Assembly: GCA_038231275.1 (NCBI GenBank)
Contig: JBBRLQ010000002.1
Coordinates: 224,001-288,000, forward strand
DNA: 64,000 nt
Reading direction: 5' to 3'
Source: Polyangiales bacterium
GTDB lineage: Bacteria > Myxococcota_A > Polyangia > Polyangiales > Polyangiaceae
Part shown: positions 46,409-55,526 of the stretch, one piece after another
Position numbering within the stretch: position 1 is the first letter of the stretch
Layout of the letters: the number at the start of each line of letters is the position of its first letter
Notes under the pieces: model-generated
What the model saw: the letters and a program-made list of their open reading frames with translations, nothing else
The model's database searches: none
Told to the model about the DNA's origin: nothing
Made by a program: the position numbers and the translations under genes

Positions 46409-49057
46409 CGCCGGCGCCGGCGCGCCCGTCACGGCGCGGGCGACCTTGCGGAGGCGCGTGGCGTCCTCGGCGCGATCCACTGTGGCGTACAGCTTCGAGA
46501 GGAACGCGAGGCAGGCGTGCGCGCCCTTGTCGTCGTTCTGTTCGCGCGCGCGCGCGAGGGCGTCGAGCGCCTCGAGGAGCGCCTCGTCCGGGCGACCCGC
46601 GACGGCGAGCGCGACGCCGAGCGCGAGTGAGGTCTGGCAGCGCTCCGCCGGCGACGCCCTGGCGTCGAGCTCGGCGCGCGCGATGCGGAGCGCGCGCAAG
46701 GCCTCGCCCACGTCGCCGCGCGAGAGGCGCACGATCGCCTGCATCCGCTCCGCGAAGCGCCCGTGCTCTCCGGACGCGAGGAGGCCCTCCGCCCATTGCT
46801 CGAGCGACTGGGTGTCGGCGCCGAGCAGCGCCTCTTTCGCGAGCTCGGTGAGGCGCTCGCCGACGTCGTCGCTGGTCGGCGCGCTGGTCGGCGGGTCGCC
46901 GTGCACGGCCGCGCGATCGGTGACCGTGCCGGGCGGCTCGGTGCCCGAACCTGGCTGCGGCGAGAGCGTCGCCGGCTGCGGAGGCGAAACCGCGACCATC
47001 GTGCCCGGCTCCGAGATCGGGGGGACCATGTCGGTCTGAGAAACCGCCACGGCGACGGTCACCGATGGAGGCGAGTCATCGTCGTCGAGAGGCGACACGA
47101 TCGTCATGGTCGGCGGCTCGGAGTCGTGCGTCGTCGGGATGTCCTCGACGTTGGTTACCTCGGCCGACCGACGTGATAGCGCCGGATCGCCTTCGGGGAC
47201 CTCGACCCCTTCGACCACCGCCGCGTAGGCGGCGCTGCCCGTGCCGTCCGTGGGCGGTGTCGCCGAATGGCGAAGCGGCACTACCAGCGCGAGCGCGGCG
47301 CGCGCCTCCTCTTCGAGGGTCGGGTCGAGCTCACGTGCCAGCGCGATGAGGTGCGTCGCGGCGCCGCGCAGCTCGAGGCCGATCGCGGTCCGCGCGCACG
47401 TCAGCGCCGTCCGTCCCGCCTTCGCGTGGTCGCCGGCCTTCGCAAGGTGATGCGCCGCCTCCGCGAGCCCGAGGCCTCGCTCCTCGCTCGCGAGGACGTG
47501 CGCGAGCGCGCGGTGAATGATGCCACGGAGCTCGTCGTTCGCGAGCTCTCCAAGAAGCGCCTCCCGGTGCGTCCGGGTCGGCAACGCCACCCACCCCGCC
47601 TGCGGCTCGACCAGCCAACGGCGTACGACGAGCTTCTTTGCCTCCGCCGCCGCGTCGACGCCGACGTTCGCGGCCGCGAGGACCTTGGTGAGCCGCTCTA
47701 GCGAGAGCTCTCCGCCCGCGAGCGCGACGAACGCGAGCACGAGCTGCTCGAGCGCCGAGCCCATCATCTGCGCACGACGCGCGATCCATTGCACGGGCGC
47801 GCGCGGCGCGCCACGCCCTGCCGAGCGCGTCCGCGGCGACGCTCCTTTCGCGGTCCACGACAGCTCGCCCTCCGAAAGGCTGACCGCGACGGACTCGAGG
47901 ATTCCGAGCGGCGTATGGCTTCCACGCCGCGCCCAGCGCTTGCACCCGGTCTCGTCAAGCACGCCCCCGAGCGCCGCCGCCGCGAACGCGCGCCCGTCCG
48001 CCTCGTCGAAGGGCCGGAGCTCCATCTCGGGTCCCTTGCCGATCCGCGCGAGCGCAGGCGGAGGCGCCGTCGTCTCGTCCACACGGACGACGCACGCGAA
48101 CGTGCCGTCGGCCGCTGCGAACGCGCGCGCGCACGCGTCGACCGACGCCGCGTCGACGTCGAACACGTCGTCGATGAGCAGCGCACCGGGCGGCGCGTCG
48201 TCGGCGGTCCCACGGAGGAAGGACGAGATGATCGCCGCCGCGGTCTCGATGGGGACGCCGTCGCCGGCGAGGAGGCGGCGCGCGGCCGGCTCGAGCTCGA
48301 CCTCGAACTGCGGCGCGTCCACGACGTTCGCGCGCGAGAGGGCCCGCCGGAGCGAGCCGAGGGGCTCGAGCGACGAGCCGCTCGGAGAGAGCACGAGGCA
48401 CGGGCCGGGCGCGACGAGGGCCGCGACCTCCGCGAGCAGGCGCGTGCCGCCGAGCCCGGGATCCGCGCGCAGCACCGCGAGCGCGTTCGGCATCCACAAG
48501 AGCGCGCTCGGATCCTCGCGTCCGATCAGGCGCGGTGTCTCGAGCTTCGACACGAGCGCGGCGGCGGCGTGGCGCCAAGGCTGCTGGACGTCGAGCTTCC
48601 CGCCGCGCACACGCCTCTTGCCGTCGCGCGCGACGCGCACGCCCAGTATGACGAGCGTCTCCATCCCCTTGAACGAGCGATCGACCAGCACCTCCCCGGG
48701 ACGCGCCACGCGCGCGAGCGAGGCGCCGGCGGCGAGCGGCACGCCCCACGACAGCCATGCGCGCAGGTCGTCGGGGGCGACCGCTTCCACTTTGCCTTCT
48801 GCGATCCCGGCGGCCCAGGCGATCTCGCCCGACTTCGTCTCCTCGAGGACGCCGGTCGTGGCCATCGCCACGGCCTCCTCTACCGATTCGGGATCGAACG
48901 CGACGGCGACGAGCTGCGACCCGAAGGCGATCATGTTCCCGCCGAGCGCGTCTCCGCGCTGGACGAGCGCGCGCGTCCGCTCGACGTAGCCTCTTCCCGT
49001 CGCGGGCGCGAGCCCGGGGTGGGCCATCCAGAAGCTGACGACGATGCGCTCGGTCAC
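46397..49057 (-). CDS. Degenerate nucleotide cyclase-like + STAND/AAA-like + TPR protein
   Basis: The N-terminus resembles a class III cyclase (GGNMIAFGSQ..VAF; AGIAEGKV; G.PLAAGASLARVARPGEVLVD). Then LIGRE, ADPGLGGTRLL (decayed Walker A), LLIDD (Walker B), HTPL, helical repeats, a Pro/Thr/Asp linker and C-terminal TPR-like helices. Confidence 0.6.
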   Translation of the reverse strand: MTERIVVSFWMAHPGLAPATGRGYVERTRALVQRGDALGGNMIAFGSQLVAVAFDPESVEEAVAMATTGVLEETKSGEIAWAAGIAEGKVEAVAPDDLRAWLSWGVPLAAGASLARVARPGEVLVDRSFKGMETLVILGVRVARDGKRRVRGGKLDVQQPWRHAAAALVSKLETPRLIGREDPSALLWMPNALAVLRADPGLGGTRLLAEVAALVAPGPCLVLSPSGSSLEPLGSLRRALSRANVVDAPQFEVELEPAARRLLAGDGVPIETAAAIISSFLRGTADDAPPGALLIDDVFDVDAASVDACARAFAAADGTFACVVRVDETTAPPPALARIGKGPEMELRPFDEADGRAFAAAALGGVLDETGCKRWARRGSHTPLGILESVAVSLSEGELSWTAKGASPRTRSAGRGAPRAPVQWIARRAQMMGSALEQLVLAFVALAGGELSLERLTKVLAAANVGVDAAAEAKKLVVRRWLVEPQAGWVALPTRTHREALLGELANDELRGIIHRALAHVLASEERGLGLAEAAHHLAKAGDHAKAGRTALTCARTAIGLELRGAATHLIALARELDPTLEEEARAALALVVPLRHSATPPTDGTGSAAYAAVVEGVEVPEGDPALSRRSAEVTNVEDIPTTHDSEPPTMTIVSPLDDDDSPPSVTVAVAVSQTDMVPPISEPGTMVAVSPPQPATLSPQPGSGTEPPGTVTDRAAVHGDPPTSAPTSDDVGERLTELAKEALLGADTQSLEQWAEGLLASGEHGRFAERMQAIVRLSRGDVGEALRALRIARAELDARASPAERCQTSLALGVALAVAGRPDEALLEALDALARAREQNDDKGAHACLAFLSKLYATVDRAEDATRLRKVARAVTGAPAPASPV

Positions 49058-49103
49058 CTGTCTTCTTCTTCTCCTGGCAAGGCTCGCCCCGTGAGGTGAA
49101 GCT

Positions 49104-49805
49104 TCAGACGCGGATCCTCTTTTTCAGGGCGGCCAGCTCGTCCTCGACGTCGCCCGCCTTCTCGCCGCCCTTGGTGCCGCGCTCGAGGTCGCGGAACTTC
49201 GCCTCGAGGTCCTGCTCCTTCTCCCCCTTGCCGAGCGCATCCTCGACCTCCGCCATCGCGCTGCCCTGGGCCTCGCGATCTTCGATTTTTTCTTCCATGC
49301 GGCGGAAGTTGTCGAAGGCGCTCGAGCCACCCTTCGCGCCGAGCCCTTCGGCGCCGCCGCCTCCGCGCGACTGCTGCGCGCGCGCGACGAGCGTGCCCTT
49401 GCGGAGCTTCAGCTCTTCGAGCTTCTTCTCCATCCGCTCAAGCTCCTCTTTCATCGTGAGGGCGGTGTCGCGCTGCTCGGCGCGCGCCTTCTCGACGCTC
49501 TCGGAGTCCGCGTGCACGCGCTTCTTCTGCTTGAGCGCCTCGCGCGCGAGCGCTTCGTCGCCGCCCTTCAGCGCGAGCTCTGCGCGCTTGTCCCACTTTT
49601 CCACCTCGGAGGAGAGGTCGTCCTTCTTTTTCCGAAGCTGCTTCTCGGCGGCGACGGCGCTGATCACCTCTTGGCGACCTCGCTTCAGCTGGTCTTCCAT
49701 CTCTTCCAGGTTGAGCTCGAGGAGCTTCTTGTCGTCCTCCGCTTTGTCGAGGAGAGAGTTGACGTTGCTCGAGATCACCTTGCCCATGCGGTCGAAGATC
49801 CCCAT
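49104..49805 (-). CDS. pspA: PspA/IM30 family protein
   Basis: MGIFDRMGKVISSNVNSLLDKAED, AELALKGGDEALAREAL, FRRMEEKI, ELAALKK. Confidence 0.93.
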   Translation of the reverse strand: MGIFDRMGKVISSNVNSLLDKAEDDKKLLELNLEEMEDQLKRGRQEVISAVAAEKQLRKKKDDLSSEVEKWDKRAELALKGGDEALAREALKQKKRVHADSESVEKARAEQRDTALTMKEELERMEKKLEELKLRKGTLVARAQQSRGGGGAEGLGAKGGSSAFDNFRRMEEKIEDREAQGSAMAEVEDALGKGEKEQDLEAKFRDLERGTKGGEKAGDVEDELAALKKRIRV

Positions 49806-49963
49806 TTTTCTCCTCGAAGTCCTACCCGGACAAGGACTGAGGCTACCACGCAATTCCCGCAAGACCCCTTCCACTCGCACGCGCCGCGCGTGGAGGGGGG
49901 CCGGCGCCGGGCAGGCGTTATCCGGTCCAGATCCGCCGGGGTCGATGCTACACTACGGGCGCG

Positions 49964-50455
49964 ATGACCGACTGGCGCAGCCGACTCTCCGAGCAGCTCC
50001 TTGGCCCTCCCGGGAGCTCCCCCCCGTCGCGACCGGATCCCGCGGCACTCCTCGAGATCGTGCTGGGCCAGGCCCGGAGCGAGCTCACCTACGTGCTCGA
50101 GCTCGGCAAGACGCACAGCCTCCCGGTGACGGGCAGCGTCAACACCGACGACATGTGGATCCGCGTAGGCGCCACGACCTTGCGGTTCAACTACAGCCGT
50201 CGCGCGGGCGTCATCGTCGCGAGCGTCGTCGGTCGCGAGGACCAGCAGCTCCGCTACGACCCCGAGAAGAAGGCGGTCGTCACCCCCGACGGCGAGCCGC
50301 TCGAGGCGACCGGATACATCCGCGAGGCCATCGACGCGACGGTCAACGCCTGGAAGGCGAGCGGCAAGCCCGACATCACGATCTCGATGATGCGCTCGGA
50401 GCGCCCGCCGATGCCGACGCTGCCGGACTCGTCCGAGATCCTCCCCAAATCCTGA
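49964..50455 (+). CDS. Hypothetical protein
   Basis: 163-aa ORF with host-like codon usage, divergent from pspA; no motif recognised. Confidence 0.7.
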   Translation: MTDWRSRLSEQLLGPPGSSPPSRPDPAALLEIVLGQARSELTYVLELGKTHSLPVTGSVNTDDMWIRVGATTLRFNYSRRAGVIVASVVGREDQQLRYDPEKKAVVTPDGEPLEATGYIREAIDATVNAWKASGKPDITISMMRSERPPMPTLPDSSEILPKS

Positions 50456-50494
50456 AGCTCCTGACACGACCAAGGCTCGGGCGCGGGAGGCGAC

Positions 50495-50671
50495 ATGGCG
50501 ACGTGCAAGGTGTGTGATGACGAGGTCGACGCGCTCGTCTCGGTGAAGATCGACGGCAAGGCCAAGAAGATGTGCGAGGACTGCGCTGACCGCGCGCGCG
50601 AGCAGGCGGAGGTCGCCGAGGCGAGCGAGGCGGTCGTGCAGAACATGATGGGGTTCAAGGGGCGCCGCTGA
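50495..50671 (+). CDS. Small Zn-finger-like protein (58 aa; below the ORF-track cutoff)
   Basis: GGAGG immediately upstream; MATCKVCDDEVDALVSVKIDGKAKKMCEDCADRAREQAEVAEASEAVVQNMMGFKGRR* (CxxC-x19-CxxC). Confidence 0.8.
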   Translation: MATCKVCDDEVDALVSVKIDGKAKKMCEDCADRAREQAEVAEASEAVVQNMMGFKGRR

Positions 50672-50673
50672 CC

Positions 50674-50913
50674 GTGGCGTCTGCGCGCGCGCGAGAGGTC
50701 TCGTTCGCGGCGACGGCGGTTGCGCTCGGGGCGCTCGTCGCTTCGTGCCGCGACGCGACGGAGATCCGGCTGCAGAATCGCGCTCCGGACGGTGTGCCTC
50801 GGCCACGCGTGCACGGCCGATCGGCCTGCGTAGACGGCGAGTGCGTCGGCGCGGCCATCGATCTCGGCGCGTGCCCTTGCGGCTTCTGCACCGAGCCAGA
50901 CGCGGGCCACTGA
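50674..50913 (+). pseudogene. Short lipoprotein-like ORF, possibly an internally deleted remnant
   Basis: Signal + VAS-C-RDATEI start joined almost directly to a Cys-rich tail (CVDGECVGAAIDLGAC). Confidence 0.4.
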
Positions 50914-51010
50914 GAAGGCGGCCCGCCGTCACGCGACGCGATTTGCCGGCTGCGGCGTCCCTACGTGCACCGGCGTGTGCCCGAAGTGACGCCGCAAGTG
51001 CGCCACGCCG

Positions 51011-51883
51011 TCACGGCTTGACGAACTTGAGCGCGAACCGGTCGCTGGTCCCGCGCTTCTCCTTCGCGGCGAACGGCGCCGCGTTCCAGTCGCGCGTGTC
51101 GGCGGCGTTGCGCCATACGGGAGAGTCGGCGGCGAGCTTGAAGCCGGCCTTCTCGATCTCCTCTTTGACGACCTTCTCCTCGATGCGGTGAATCGTCTGC
51201 ACCTCGGTGGAGCCGGTGCCGGGGCGGCCGCTGTGGTCGACCACGCAGTACACGCCGCCGGGCTTCAGTGCCGCGAGGATTGCCTTGTTCATCTTGTCGC
51301 GGTCGACCTTCATCCAGAAGGTGTCGTGGTAGAAGAGGTTGTCGACCACGACGTCGAGGCCCTTCGCGTCCGGCGGGATGGGATCGTCGAACTCGCGATC
51401 GACGCGGACGAGGACGCCCTTGTTGATCGGCTTCGCGACGCGCGCAGCCCACGGCTTCTCGGCGAACTTCTCCAAGATCCACTTGCTGTTCTGGCCGTAC
51501 ACCTTGCCGGTCGGCCCGACGGCGCGCACGAGGAGCTCCGACGTGTAGCCGCCGCCCGCCGCGATCTCGGCGACCTTTCCGCCCTGCGGCACGCCGCAGA
51601 ACTCGAGGAGCTTGCCGGGGTGACGCCCGGCGTCCATCGCTTTGTCGTCGGCGTCGCGATCGGCGGCCTCGACCGCCGCCTTGATGTGGGCGGGGAGCGC
51701 GGGGGCTTCGGGCTTCGCGGTGTCCGTCTTCGGCGCGTCGACCTTCGCGGAGTCGGTCTTCGGCGGCTCGGGCATCGACGGGGTAGTCGGGGTGGTCGGC
51801 GTCGCCGGCGTGGCAGGCTCGGTCGGTGCGCCGCCACATGCGGCGACGAGCACGAAGGGAAAGAGGATGTGCTTGGACGTCAT
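51011..51883 (-). CDS. Class I SAM-dependent methyltransferase-like lipoprotein (predicted secreted methyltransferase family)
   Basis: ATG 51883; VAA-C lipobox; RHPGKLLEF, VAEIAAGGGYT, YHD, LKPGG...VDH, HRI, SDRF.LKF.KP. Confidence 0.85.
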   Translation of the reverse strand: MTSKHILFPFVLVAACGGAPTEPATPATPTTPTTPSMPEPPKTDSAKVDAPKTDTAKPEAPALPAHIKAAVEAADRDADDKAMDAGRHPGKLLEFCGVPQGGKVAEIAAGGGYTSELLVRAVGPTGKVYGQNSKWILEKFAEKPWAARVAKPINKGVLVRVDREFDDPIPPDAKGLDVVVDNLFYHDTFWMKVDRDKMNKAILAALKPGGVYCVVDHSGRPGTGSTEVQTIHRIEEKVVKEEIEKAGFKLAADSPVWRNAADTRDWNAAPFAAKEKRGTSDRFALKFVKP

Positions 51884-51906
51884 TGGGAGCTCCGTTTGCC
51901 GGGAAA

Positions 51907-53316
51907 TCAGCGGTTGAGGATGTGAACGGCTTGCCCGAGGCCGTTGAGCGCGGCCTCCATCAGGCCCTCGCCGAGCGTCGGGTGGGGGTGAATCGACATG
52001 CCCATGTCCTCGAGGAACGCGTGCATCTCGAGCGCGAGCACGCCCTCGCTGATGAGATCCGTCGCCGAGGGGCCGACGATGTGCACGCCGAGGATCTCGT
52101 GCGTCTTCTTGTCGCTGACGATCTTGATGAAGCCGTCCGTCTCGTTCACCGCCATCGCGCGACCGAGCGCGGCGAACGGGAATTTGCCGACCTTCACGTC
52201 GATGCCCTTCTCCTTCGCCTGCGCTTCGGTGAGGCCGGCGACCGCGACCTCGGGATCGGTGAAGATGGCGCCGGGGATGGCGACCCAGTCCTTCGCGGCC
52301 TTGTGGCCGGCAATGATCTCGGCGACCACCTCCCCTTCTTTGCTCGCCTTGTGCGCGAGCATCGGGACGCCGGACACGTCGCCGATCGCGAAGACCGACG
52401 GGACGTTCGTGCGCCCGACGTGATCGGTCGGCACGAAGCCGCGCTCGACCTTCACGCCGATCTCTTCGAGGCCGAGGCCCGCGCCGTTGGGGCGCATGCC
52501 GACGGCCACCAGGACCACGTCGGTGACGATCGTGTCGAACTTGCCGTCGCCGAGGTCGACGCGGACGGCGATCGATCCGTCGGCGCTCTTCTCGTAGCCC
52601 ATCGCCTTGGCGTTCTTCACGATCTTGGCGCCGTGCTTGACCATCTTCTTCTCGACGACGGCCGTGCACTCCGGATCGACGCCGGGGAGCAGGCCCGCGG
52701 TCGCCTCGACGACGGTGATCTCGGTCCCGAACTTCTGGTAGACGCAGCCGAGCTCGAGGCCGATCACGCCGCCGCCGATGACGAGCATGCGTTTGGGGAT
52801 GTGGCGGAGACTCACCGCCTCTTTTGCGCCGATGATCTGCTTGCCGTCGAACTTGAAGGACGGCAGCTCGATCGTGGACGAGCCCGTCGCGATCACGATC
52901 GCCTTCGTGTCGACGATCTCGGTCGTGCCTTCGCGCGTCTTGATCGAGACCTGCGTGGGCGAGACGACGCGGGCGTCGCCCATGATGAGCTCGGCGCCGT
53001 TGCCCTTGAGGAGGCCGCGCACGCCGCCGGTGAGCTTCTTGACGATGCCCCCCTTCCAGTCCTGCATCTTGTCGACGTCGAGGCGGAGGCCGTCCACGAT
53101 GATTCCGATTCCGGCGCCGTCCTTCGCCTTCTCGTAGGTGTGGCTGGTGGCGATGAGCGCCTTCGACGGGACGCAGCCCCAGTTGAGGCACACGCCGCCG
53201 ATCTCGTCCTTCTCCACCACGAGGACCTTCTGTTTGAGCTGCCCCAAACGGATCCCGCACACGTAGCCGCCGGGGCCGCCGCCAATCACCACCGCGTCGT
53301 AGCTCTTCGTCGCCAT
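51907..53316 (-). CDS. lpdA: Dihydrolipoyl dehydrogenase (E3)
   Basis: GGGPGGY, GGVCLNWGCVPSK redox disulfide, GGGVIGLE, HPHPTLGE. Confidence 0.97.
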   Translation of the reverse strand: MATKSYDAVVIGGGPGGYVCGIRLGQLKQKVLVVEKDEIGGVCLNWGCVPSKALIATSHTYEKAKDGAGIGIIVDGLRLDVDKMQDWKGGIVKKLTGGVRGLLKGNGAELIMGDARVVSPTQVSIKTREGTTEIVDTKAIVIATGSSTIELPSFKFDGKQIIGAKEAVSLRHIPKRMLVIGGGVIGLELGCVYQKFGTEITVVEATAGLLPGVDPECTAVVEKKMVKHGAKIVKNAKAMGYEKSADGSIAVRVDLGDGKFDTIVTDVVLVAVGMRPNGAGLGLEEIGVKVERGFVPTDHVGRTNVPSVFAIGDVSGVPMLAHKASKEGEVVAEIIAGHKAAKDWVAIPGAIFTDPEVAVAGLTEAQAKEKGIDVKVGKFPFAALGRAMAVNETDGFIKIVSDKKTHEILGVHIVGPSATDLISEGVLALEMHAFLEDMGMSIHPHPTLGEGLMEAALNGLGQAVHILNR

Positions 53317-53367
53317 GTCCTTCTTCTGCCTCGTGCGCCGTGTTCAGTTTGCGCGTTCAGTGCGCGT

Positions 53368-54489
53368 TCAGTGCTTAGGGGCGCGAGGGCCGCTTTCCAG
53401 CGCCGTCCTCGCCTCACGCAGGTTCCACGGGAGCTCCGCGTACACGTCGTCGAACATGCTGGCGAGCGACGGGGGCGCGAGCTCCTCTACTTGTTTGATG
53501 ACGGCGATGATCTCTGCGGAGGCCTCCGCTTCTAGTTTTGCGTCCTTCGCGTCGTCCATGAGGCCGCGGCCGTCGAGGTAGCGGCGCATGCGGTCGATGG
53601 GGTCCTTCTTCGCCCACGCCTCGACCTCGGAGTCGGAGCGGTAGAGCTTGGGATCGTCGCTCGTCGTGTGCGCGCCCATGCGGTAGGTGACCGCCTCGAC
53701 GAAGGTGGGGCCGCCGCCGCTGCGCGCGCGGGCGAAGGCATCGCGGAGAACCTTGTAGACTGCAAGCACATCGTTGCCGTCGACGCGGACGCCCGGCACG
53801 CCGTACGCGCGCCCCTTGATGGCGATCGTGCGCGACGCGGTCTGCTTCGCGGTCGGTACGCTGATCGACCAGTGGTTGTTCTGGCAGACGATGACGACGG
53901 GGGCCTTGAAGACGCCGGCGAAATTCATCGCCGCGTGAAAATCGGGCTGGCTCGTCGCGCCGTCGCCGCAGTAGCCGACGGCGATCTCGGCGGGCGTCTT
54001 CTTGGCGGTGCGCATGGCCATCGCGGCGCCGACCGCTTGCGGGATCTGCGGGCCGATGACCGGCGACCAGCTCACTTGGTGAACGGCCTTGCCGGCCTGG
54101 TGGCTGGGCGGTTGGCGGCCTTTGAGGTTGTCGGCGGCGTTGCCGAAGACCTGACCGATGTAGTCGCGGAGCGGGTAGCCACGGACGAGCATGACGCTCT
54201 GCTCGCGCAGCGCGGGGAAGACCCAGTCCTGCTTCGCGAGCGCGAGGCCCGACGCGATCGGCACCGCCTCTTGCCCCGTCGCCGCGCCGTAGAAGCCGAC
54301 GCGCCCCTGACGCTGGAGCAAGATCATGCGCGCGTCGAGCGCGCGGAGGCGGCGCATCTCGAAGTATGCGCGAAGGGCGAGCTCGTCGCTCACGCCGTGA
54401 TCGATCGCCGGATCCGCGGTGCCGTCCTCGCGAAGGACGCGGAACAGCATGACATCGGGATCGGTCTCGGAGATGGCCGCGGGGTCCAT
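53368..54489 (-). CDS. pdhA: Pyruvate/branched-chain 2-oxoacid dehydrogenase E1 alpha subunit
   Basis: LQRQGRVGFY, GQEA, GDGATSQPDFH...QNNHWSIS, VDGND, TYRMGAHTTSDDP. Substrate (pyruvate vs branched-chain) cannot be resolved by eye. Confidence 0.88.
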   Translation of the reverse strand: MDPAAISETDPDVMLFRVLREDGTADPAIDHGVSDELALRAYFEMRRLRALDARMILLQRQGRVGFYGAATGQEAVPIASGLALAKQDWVFPALREQSVMLVRGYPLRDYIGQVFGNAADNLKGRQPPSHQAGKAVHQVSWSPVIGPQIPQAVGAAMAMRTAKKTPAEIAVGYCGDGATSQPDFHAAMNFAGVFKAPVVIVCQNNHWSISVPTAKQTASRTIAIKGRAYGVPGVRVDGNDVLAVYKVLRDAFARARSGGGPTFVEAVTYRMGAHTTSDDPKLYRSDSEVEAWAKKDPIDRMRRYLDGRGLMDDAKDAKLEAEASAEIIAVIKQVEELAPPSLASMFDDVYAELPWNLREARTALESGPRAPKH

Positions 54490-54514
54490 GAGCGGCGCGG
54501 ACTCTAGCCCATTT

Positions 54515-55453
54515 CTACGGCGTGCAGAACAGCAGCCAGAGCGGCATTCCCGTGATCTGTCCTTGGCATTTTTCGGCGGCGGGGCAGCCTCCGTAGCCCG
54601 GCCCACCGTCGCGCGCGGCGCCGGCGTCGAAGGGGGGATTCGCGTTGGGCTCCAGGCAGAGCCACTTGCACGACGAGCCGCCGTCCGCAGCGCCCAAGCA
54701 GGCGAGCCCGTCGGCACAGCCGTTCGACGTGTCGCACGGCATCCCTTCCGCGTAGCCGGTCGGCAACGTGCCGCCGTCCACGGGCGCGTAGATGCCGATG
54801 CAGCTCGACGTGCCGTACTGGTCTTGCGTGACGCAAGTGAAGTTCACCGGGCACGCTTGCAGATGGAAGGGGCGGCACGGCGGGTTGTAGTCGCAGACCT
54901 TGAAGCGCTCGGTCCCCTTGCCGTCGACGATCGACAGGTCGCAGCGGCCGGCGAAGCCCTCCGGATAGCTTCGGCCGCACACGTCGTCGGCGCAGCATGC
55001 CGGCGTGCAGCGACCCTCGGGCCCTGCATCGGTCTTGCAGTCGTTGCGTGGTCCGATGCAGTGAAGACCTGGGCCGCACGGATCGTCGGTCGCCGACGCG
55101 CAGCAGGCGTGTCCTTTGGGGAGACGTCGCGTGGAGGCGATGGCGATGCACGAGGTGCCGCCGTCGGCGCTCGCGCACTCTTGTCCGTTGGGGCAGTTCT
55201 GGAGGACGAGATCGCACGCGGTGTTGGTCGGTGAGCATCCGCCTTCGACCGGAAGAGCGCCGTCGACTGGGCCGCCGCCGTCCGCCGACGATTCGATCGC
55301 GACGTCGATCGGAGCGTCGGTGGACGTCGTCGCGTCCACCCCCCCCTCCGCTTCGAAACCACGAGCAGATCCGCTACTGCACGCCCAGGAGGACGCCGCT
55401 CCGAACGCGGCGACCACGAACGCGAGAAGAACCCTGGCTCGGCCCTGCCTCAT
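54515..55453 (-). CDS. Cys-rich lipoprotein
   Basis: ATG 55453; SWA-C lipobox; D-A/G-G linker; repeated C-x-P/L-x2-Q-x-C-P and G-x2-C-x4-5-C-x2-GL-x-C modules. Confidence 0.78.
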   Translation of the reverse strand: MRQGRARVLLAFVVAAFGAASSWACSSGSARGFEAEGGVDATTSTDAPIDVAIESSADGGGPVDGALPVEGGCSPTNTACDLVLQNCPNGQECASADGGTSCIAIASTRRLPKGHACCASATDDPCGPGLHCIGPRNDCKTDAGPEGRCTPACCADDVCGRSYPEGFAGRCDLSIVDGKGTERFKVCDYNPPCRPFHLQACPVNFTCVTQDQYGTSSCIGIYAPVDGGTLPTGYAEGMPCDTSNGCADGLACLGAADGGSSCKWLCLEPNANPPFDAGAARDGGPGYGGCPAAEKCQGQITGMPLWLLFCTP

Positions 55454-55526
55454 TTTGCGCGACAGGTTTGTACCATTTCTCAACGGCCGAGCCGCAGTTC
55501 GGCCATAACGAAAGGTGAGGGCACAC

